A stretch of 63,608 nucleotides of DNA, the filler included, from Bigelowiella natans CCMP2755 (Eukaryota > Protista > Cercozoa), in NCBI GenBank assembly GCA_000320545.1. It is 8 parts of 8 records of this genome, joined end to end, with 100 filler letters (N's around TTAATTAATTAA, not from the genome) between each part and the next. Parts side by side here need not be neighbours in the genome. Positions count along the whole stretch, not along the records: positions 46,786 to 62,343 come from ADNK01000886.1; positions 62,444 to 63,608 come from ADNK01000651.1; 6 more parts are not named here. The stretch is one strand, 5' to 3'. Position 1 is the first letter of the stretch. Each line of letters opens with the position of its first letter. A program made the position numbers and the translations under genes. Below the pieces are notes generated by a model. That model was not told the origin of the DNA. It saw only the letters and a program-made list of their open reading frames with translations, and searched no databases. Shown here piece after piece: positions 58,664 through 63,608 of this stretch.

Positions 58664-61600
58664 ATGTCACAGCAGCTAGAAGAACAGCAGGACTTTGGCT
58701 CGCAGGCCGTGCAAGGGCACGAGCAGAAACAGGAAAGGAAGGGCGATACGGACGCTAAGGAAGGAGGAGGAACACCTCCACAGGCACCGCCGGGACCAGC
58801 ACCCGGGATTAAGAAAGCAGATGCAGCAGCAGAGGCACTGGAGAACTTCTACGAGGCGGACGACGAGGACGTGGCCGCCGAAAGCAAGAAGGTCGTAATG
58901 GCATTACGAGCCTTGCGACCCAGGGCGAGCAACTACGCCAAACTGAAAGTATCGATAGAATACAAGTATCAGACACATGATGTTTGGGCAGCTATCATGC
59001 AGGACATCATGGATTACGAAGCAGACTTACCTCCAGAGTGGGCAGCTTTGTTTAGGAACGACGGGGGTCTGGGCGCCTCGCGGGGGACGACCCAGAGCAC
59101 CGTCAAGCAGCAGCAGCCGGTACAGCGGAACACCCAGTTCATGTCTGTTAAAACAGCACCGGTTATGATAACGAAATACAACGGGAAAAGAGGTGAGGCA
59201 AGGAGGTGGTGGAAGAACGCTAGGAGTATACTCTGCGACTTTACCCCTAACCCCACCGAAAACGACAAGCTCAAATGGCTAGCTATAATAAAGCAAGCCA
59301 TGGACCTTTACGAGACAGGCAGGACCCGGATCAGGCAGCTAGAGAAAATACACACTACAGTTAGTGGGCTACGAGACGTTGAGGCGATAATGAAGGCTTT
59401 TGTAAATGAACAGGATGCTAACTCCCTACCCCAGGCTATTAGAAAATACAGAGCAATGATGCAGCATGAGAGAGAACCTGTTAGAGACTTTGCCACGCGC
59501 TTCCAGGATATGATCGACGAACTACATGATTTTAATTACAACACAGGTGATGATCAGGCAAGGTTTGAAGAGTTCAAGTTAAAGATAAAGGAATCCACTT
59601 ACGTTACGGAGAAAGGCTACACCACGATGGAGGCAGCAGTGCAGGCTATATCCCTACGCGAGCAGGAGCAGGACCGCAAGTTTACCAGCCCTAAGGTACC
59701 TGGCATAGGAAACATTAACGCTATTAAGCCGCAGCGAGACTGGTACAAGGACGGGGAAGGTAACCGACGTTGCGGATACTGCTCACGTAAAGGGAAACAC
59801 ACCGCTAAAGACTGCAGAGACAGGAAAGAAGGACGACCCAGGATGACGATCAGGCAGCTCAACGAACACTACGAGAAGTTAAAGAGAAAGAAAGGCAGAG
59901 GACAAGGATATAACAACAGCAAATGGCAAGGCAGCAACAACGGGAAGAACAATAAATATAAGAACAAAAAGCAGAACAGTATCAATGCTATACAGCAGCA
60001 GATAAACGGAATATTAGATCACCTTAAGCAGGCGCCGACGAAGACAGCAGTACCAGCAACGCAGGACCAAGACAAGCCCATGACCCTAGACGACATAAAG
60101 AACTTAGGAGTATGCAACATTAATGACGAAGACGCTAACAGGACTATCAAAGTTGCTATGACCAAGGTTAAAGTTAAAGACAGCTACGGAGACTACAAGA
60201 AACTACCTGCCCTTTGGGATAGTGGCAGCATGCCGAAGTCCTTCATAAGCCTAAGCACAGTAAGAAGGTTAGGACTATTGGATCAAGTGACTAAGAAAGA
60301 ACGTAAATATGCTCAAGCAGACGGAAGCTCTTCCATGAAGACCGTCGGTGAGCTAATGCTAAAGCTACAGATACCTGGCAGCGACGCGGAGACCCAAATC
60401 AAGACCCGAGTAGCCATGACTTTATCCATGGAACTACTCCTCGGACAGGATGCCCTAGAAAAATTAGGGGGGATCATATCATTCTACAATCACAAGATAT
60501 ACTTTGCTAAGTTGCCAAAGAAGTCAGGCAGGACCATCAGCCAGAACATGATACGGCTTGACGAGTGGACCTCTGAGTCAAGCGTTAATGCGTTAGAGTT
60601 TATGGACCTAGCGGACAACAAGCTACCTACACCTACCGAGCTACGGAAGAAGAACCCCGGCAAGACCATCCGACAGATAACGGAGCTACTGGACAAGACC
60701 CCCCCAGCTGATGATTGGGATATCGACAAAGGCAAAAAGTACATTAATAAAATATTAAACGAGAAGTACTCTGACATCACCAAGCCGACGACGAAGCCCT
60801 CCAGCAAGCTTACCCCAGTAAAGATCGAGCTAAAGAAGGGATACGAAGAGTGCATCATCAATGACCCAGAACATAGGCGACCGGAAGCGGACTGGGAAAA
60901 GATAGAGTGGCAGATCAATGAATGGGCAAAGGAAGGGAAGATAGAGCCAAGCAACTCACCATGGAACGTGAGACATGTGCTAGCTAAGAAACCTACTTAC
61001 CCTTTCTTCCGCCTGGCGCACAACTTCATCCGCCACAACCGAGTAATAAAGAGGATCCAGACACCTACACCAAGGATAGATGACGTTATTGAACACGTCA
61101 TAGGATACAAATACTACTCTTCCCTAGATAAAAATGAATCATACATGCAGACACCCATCCACAAAACCTCCCGCCCCATTACCGCGTTCTCCAGCAGGCA
61201 CAGGAAGTGGCACTTCGTCGTATTCCCTTACGGCCTAAGCATATCAGGGGATGCGTTCAGTAGTCAGAACTACAGGGCATACACACATGATGGGATGGCG
61301 TCTGTGTTGTGGGTGTTTGTGTTTGTGTATGTGGATGATGACATAATATGTACCAACACAGTCGTCGCTCAGATCTTCCTCCTGGAAAATATATTTATTA
61401 GGTTTGCACACTTCGGTTTTACTATTAGACTGCAGAAGTGTACATTCCTAGCTACAAGAATCAAGTGGTGTGGATATTACCTGGAGCAAGGCCGCATCAC
61501 CCCAAACCCCGAGAAAGTAGCAGCACTACAGCAAGCCCCTAAACCTAAGAATGCAAAGGAGTTAAAGTCATTCTTGCAGACTGCAGCTTGGATACTACGT

Positions 61601-62194
61601 AGGTTCTCCCCTACCTACGCTAGGACTGCAGCTGCTTTTACTACTGCTTACCGGAAGGAGAACTCTGTAGGCCTCAGCTTCGCTAAGGTGTGGGCCAAGG
61701 CTGGCCTTGATGCCCACTTCGATAACCTAATAAAGTTATGCAGCAACACCCTATTGAATGCTAAGCTAGACACTACTAGACCAGCTACCCTATGGACAGA
61801 CTGGTCTAAGCTAGGTATGGCTGCTGTACTTACCCAAGACCAGCAGATCATACGGGTGTGGGGCAGGGCCTGCACAGCAGCTGAGGCCAAGTACAGCCCT
61901 ACAAAAGGAGAGTATAAAGCCATGACTGAGGCGCAGAGGAAACTAAGATACTACCTGCTGTCGGTGCCCAGCTTCACCTTAATGACTGACCACAAGCCCC
62001 TCCTAGGCATCGACCGCAAGCTCGAAGCGCCTAACGATGAGTACCAGACACCCAAGCAGTTGCGGATGGACAATGAGGATGCGTTGATCGCTGTTCCTCA
62101 CAAGAACATCCGCGCTCACCCGGCTTGCCGTCCCCAGAACAATGGCATCATGGAGAGGGCTCATCAGAGATTGCACGTCTGTGCAGGTCGATGA
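58664..62194 (+). CDS. Gag-Pol polyprotein, 1176 aa, integrase truncated
   Basis: Zn knuckle CGYCSRKGKHTAKDC; protease ALWDSGS; RT IEPSNSPW..SSLD..PYGL..YVDD; RNase H WTDWSKLGMAAVL..YSPTKGE..TDHKPL; integrase remnant MDNE..PACRPQNNGIMER. Confidence 0.93.
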   Translation: MSQQLEEQQDFGSQAVQGHEQKQERKGDTDAKEGGGTPPQAPPGPAPGIKKADAAAEALENFYEADDEDVAAESKKVVMALRALRPRASNYAKLKVSIEYKYQTHDVWAAIMQDIMDYEADLPPEWAALFRNDGGLGASRGTTQSTVKQQQPVQRNTQFMSVKTAPVMITKYNGKRGEARRWWKNARSILCDFTPNPTENDKLKWLAIIKQAMDLYETGRTRIRQLEKIHTTVSGLRDVEAIMKAFVNEQDANSLPQAIRKYRAMMQHEREPVRDFATRFQDMIDELHDFNYNTGDDQARFEEFKLKIKESTYVTEKGYTTMEAAVQAISLREQEQDRKFTSPKVPGIGNINAIKPQRDWYKDGEGNRRCGYCSRKGKHTAKDCRDRKEGRPRMTIRQLNEHYEKLKRKKGRGQGYNNSKWQGSNNGKNNKYKNKKQNSINAIQQQINGILDHLKQAPTKTAVPATQDQDKPMTLDDIKNLGVCNINDEDANRTIKVAMTKVKVKDSYGDYKKLPALWDSGSMPKSFISLSTVRRLGLLDQVTKKERKYAQADGSSSMKTVGELMLKLQIPGSDAETQIKTRVAMTLSMELLLGQDALEKLGGIISFYNHKIYFAKLPKKSGRTISQNMIRLDEWTSESSVNALEFMDLADNKLPTPTELRKKNPGKTIRQITELLDKTPPADDWDIDKGKKYINKILNEKYSDITKPTTKPSSKLTPVKIELKKGYEECIINDPEHRRPEADWEKIEWQINEWAKEGKIEPSNSPWNVRHVLAKKPTYPFFRLAHNFIRHNRVIKRIQTPTPRIDDVIEHVIGYKYYSSLDKNESYMQTPIHKTSRPITAFSSRHRKWHFVVFPYGLSISGDAFSSQNYRAYTHDGMASVLWVFVFVYVDDDIICTNTVVAQIFLLENIFIRFAHFGFTIRLQKCTFLATRIKWCGYYLEQGRITPNPEKVAALQQAPKPKNAKELKSFLQTAAWILRRFSPTYARTAAAFTTAYRKENSVGLSFAKVWAKAGLDAHFDNLIKLCSNTLLNAKLDTTRPATLWTDWSKLGMAAVLTQDQQIIRVWGRACTAAEAKYSPTKGEYKAMTEAQRKLRYYLLSVPSFTLMTDHKPLLGIDRKLEAPNDEYQTPKQLRMDNEDALIAVPHKNIRAHPACRPQNNGIMERAHQRLHVCAGR

Positions 62195-62499
62195 ATTCGA
62201 CCCCTGATGAAGCATGCAAGTGCCTCCGTGTCAACTTGGAACCCCTCAAGCCTGCATTTGAGCTGGGGGAGGCGAGAGCACAGATGAATGTGGCTAGCTT
62301 CAAAGCAAGCTCAGCCGTCAGCCAACATTGCCACGGCGTCGGCNNNNNNNNNNNNNNNNNNNNNNNNNNNNNNNNNNNNNNNNNNNNTTAATTAATTAAN
62401 NNNNNNNNNNNNNNNNNNNNNNNNNNNNNNNNNNNNNNNNNNNCCCCCCCCCCCCCCCCCTCCCTTCCTCTCCCTCTCTCTCTCTCTCCCTCTCTCCCT

Positions 62500-63430
62500 A
62501 AGACCGATTTTCCAGGAGGTGGCCCTGCAGCTGCGCCATCGACAACTCAAACTTTGGTAGCTTCATCGCAAACTGCTCCGCATGCTGCACGACGCGCACG
62601 CATACGTGTTTGGAGAAAGAACGAATGCCCGTCAGGTGTGAAGGTGCGTGGGGTGGGAGTCGTCATCAGGACGTGAGAAAGGGCATGGGGGCGAACGCAT
62701 GGGAAAAATGAAAGAACGTAGGAAGCACATCGGTCTAGTAGAAGAGCCACCTTGTAATCCTCCGGAAAGAACCGAAGGAAGAGTTGTTTCATCTATTTTA
62801 AAAAACACACAGTGCACATATCATGTTTATTTCTTGATAGACCAGCACCGATAGAGGGGAAACCTAGTTACATCTTGTACCCTCCACCACCACCACCACC
62901 ACCACCACGACGACTACTAGTGCCGTCGCGAAGACGCCGTACACGTACATGACACGTTGTTGGCCGCCTACTTCTGACAGTTCAAAGAGACATATGCTAT
63001 TGCCTGCATGGACGAGGCCTTCTTGAGCTCCACCCGCACGTCGCAGCGGCCAGGGCGTATCAGCGCAGGGTCCAGCTTCTCGATGCTACGTGCGTGCGTT
63101 GGTTGTGTTCGTTGTCGGCAGAAGATGGCGACGAGACAGAGACATCGACGAAGTAGAAGGAAGAAGCAGAAGAAGAAGAAGAAGAAGAAGAAGAAGACTA
63201 CGATAAGGAACTCGACGGTGTCCCCGGTGTGTATCGGTTATTATATCTCCACCATCTTATTCACACAAGTATCATCCCATTTCATGTGGAGTGGTGGTGT
63301 GCTGCATCGTTTTTGTTTGCCGATCGCGCTATCGTACTGATTTGTGGTCATGAAGAGCATTCTCCCCTCCTGCGACGCCACCCCGTCAATCGCGTTCAGA
63401 AGCCCGGAGAAGGTCACGGTCGCCTGTTGC
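62500..63430 (-). CDS. BCS1: BCS1-like AAA ATPase, internal and C-terminal exons
   Basis: [28 protein letters not shown]; [24 protein letters not shown]; [10 protein letters not shown]; [22 protein letters not shown]. Confidence 0.85.
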
Positions 63431-63608
63431 AGGGGGGGGGGGGGGGGGGGGGGGGGGCAATTACAGGTTAGGGGCAAGGATTAATGAAAAACAGGGTGAC
63501 AAAAAATAACCCTAAAATAATAACCCTTGTTGCTTCGGATTTTTTGAAAGGGGAAATTTTTCCATTTAAGCACTCCCCCCCCCCCCTCCCTGGTAGGGGG
63601 TGGGGGGT

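Larger units (their letters stand above)
58350..62343 (+). mobile_element. Ty3/Gypsy LTR retrotransposon with an internally deleted, degraded integrase; 3' end lost at the gap
   Basis: 5' LTR, PBS and a single Gag-Pol ORF in the order PR-RT-RH-IN. Confidence 0.92.

Overview
Draft eukaryotic genomic DNA: eight contigs joined by N-TTAATTAATTAA-N linkers, gene-dense, GT-AG introns, many filled with microsatellites. BBIP1 (cilia) plus a GST with a bipartite signal/transit-like leader suggest a flagellated alga with a secondary plastid, possibly a chlorarachniophyte (inference only). Recognisable genes: an SDR 3' end, a U-box/VWA protein, a RUN-domain protein head-to-head with a PH/FYVE/PH protein, BBIP1, a CWC27 3' end, an SPT6 3' end with an extra Tudor domain, a divergent cyclin-fold gene, ERD2, a CH-domain gene, a 37-aa repeat membrane protein, a GST, a Ty3/Gypsy retrotransposon and a BCS1-like ATPase. 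Two signals stand out. (1) Intergenic tracts, two repeat-protein pseudogenes (ankyrin, WD40) and the retrotransposon's integrase tail have lost nearly all TpA, apparently to TpG/CpA (Tyr to Cys/His at recognisable motifs), while CTAG is spared or enriched and CpG is kept. This looks like a RIP-like, adenine-directed hypermutation system. (2) A tRNA mimic with no anticodon loop is fused directly to a highly structured 102-nt RNA ending in a Pol III terminator. All counts are manual, gene models are read by eye, and no database searches were run.
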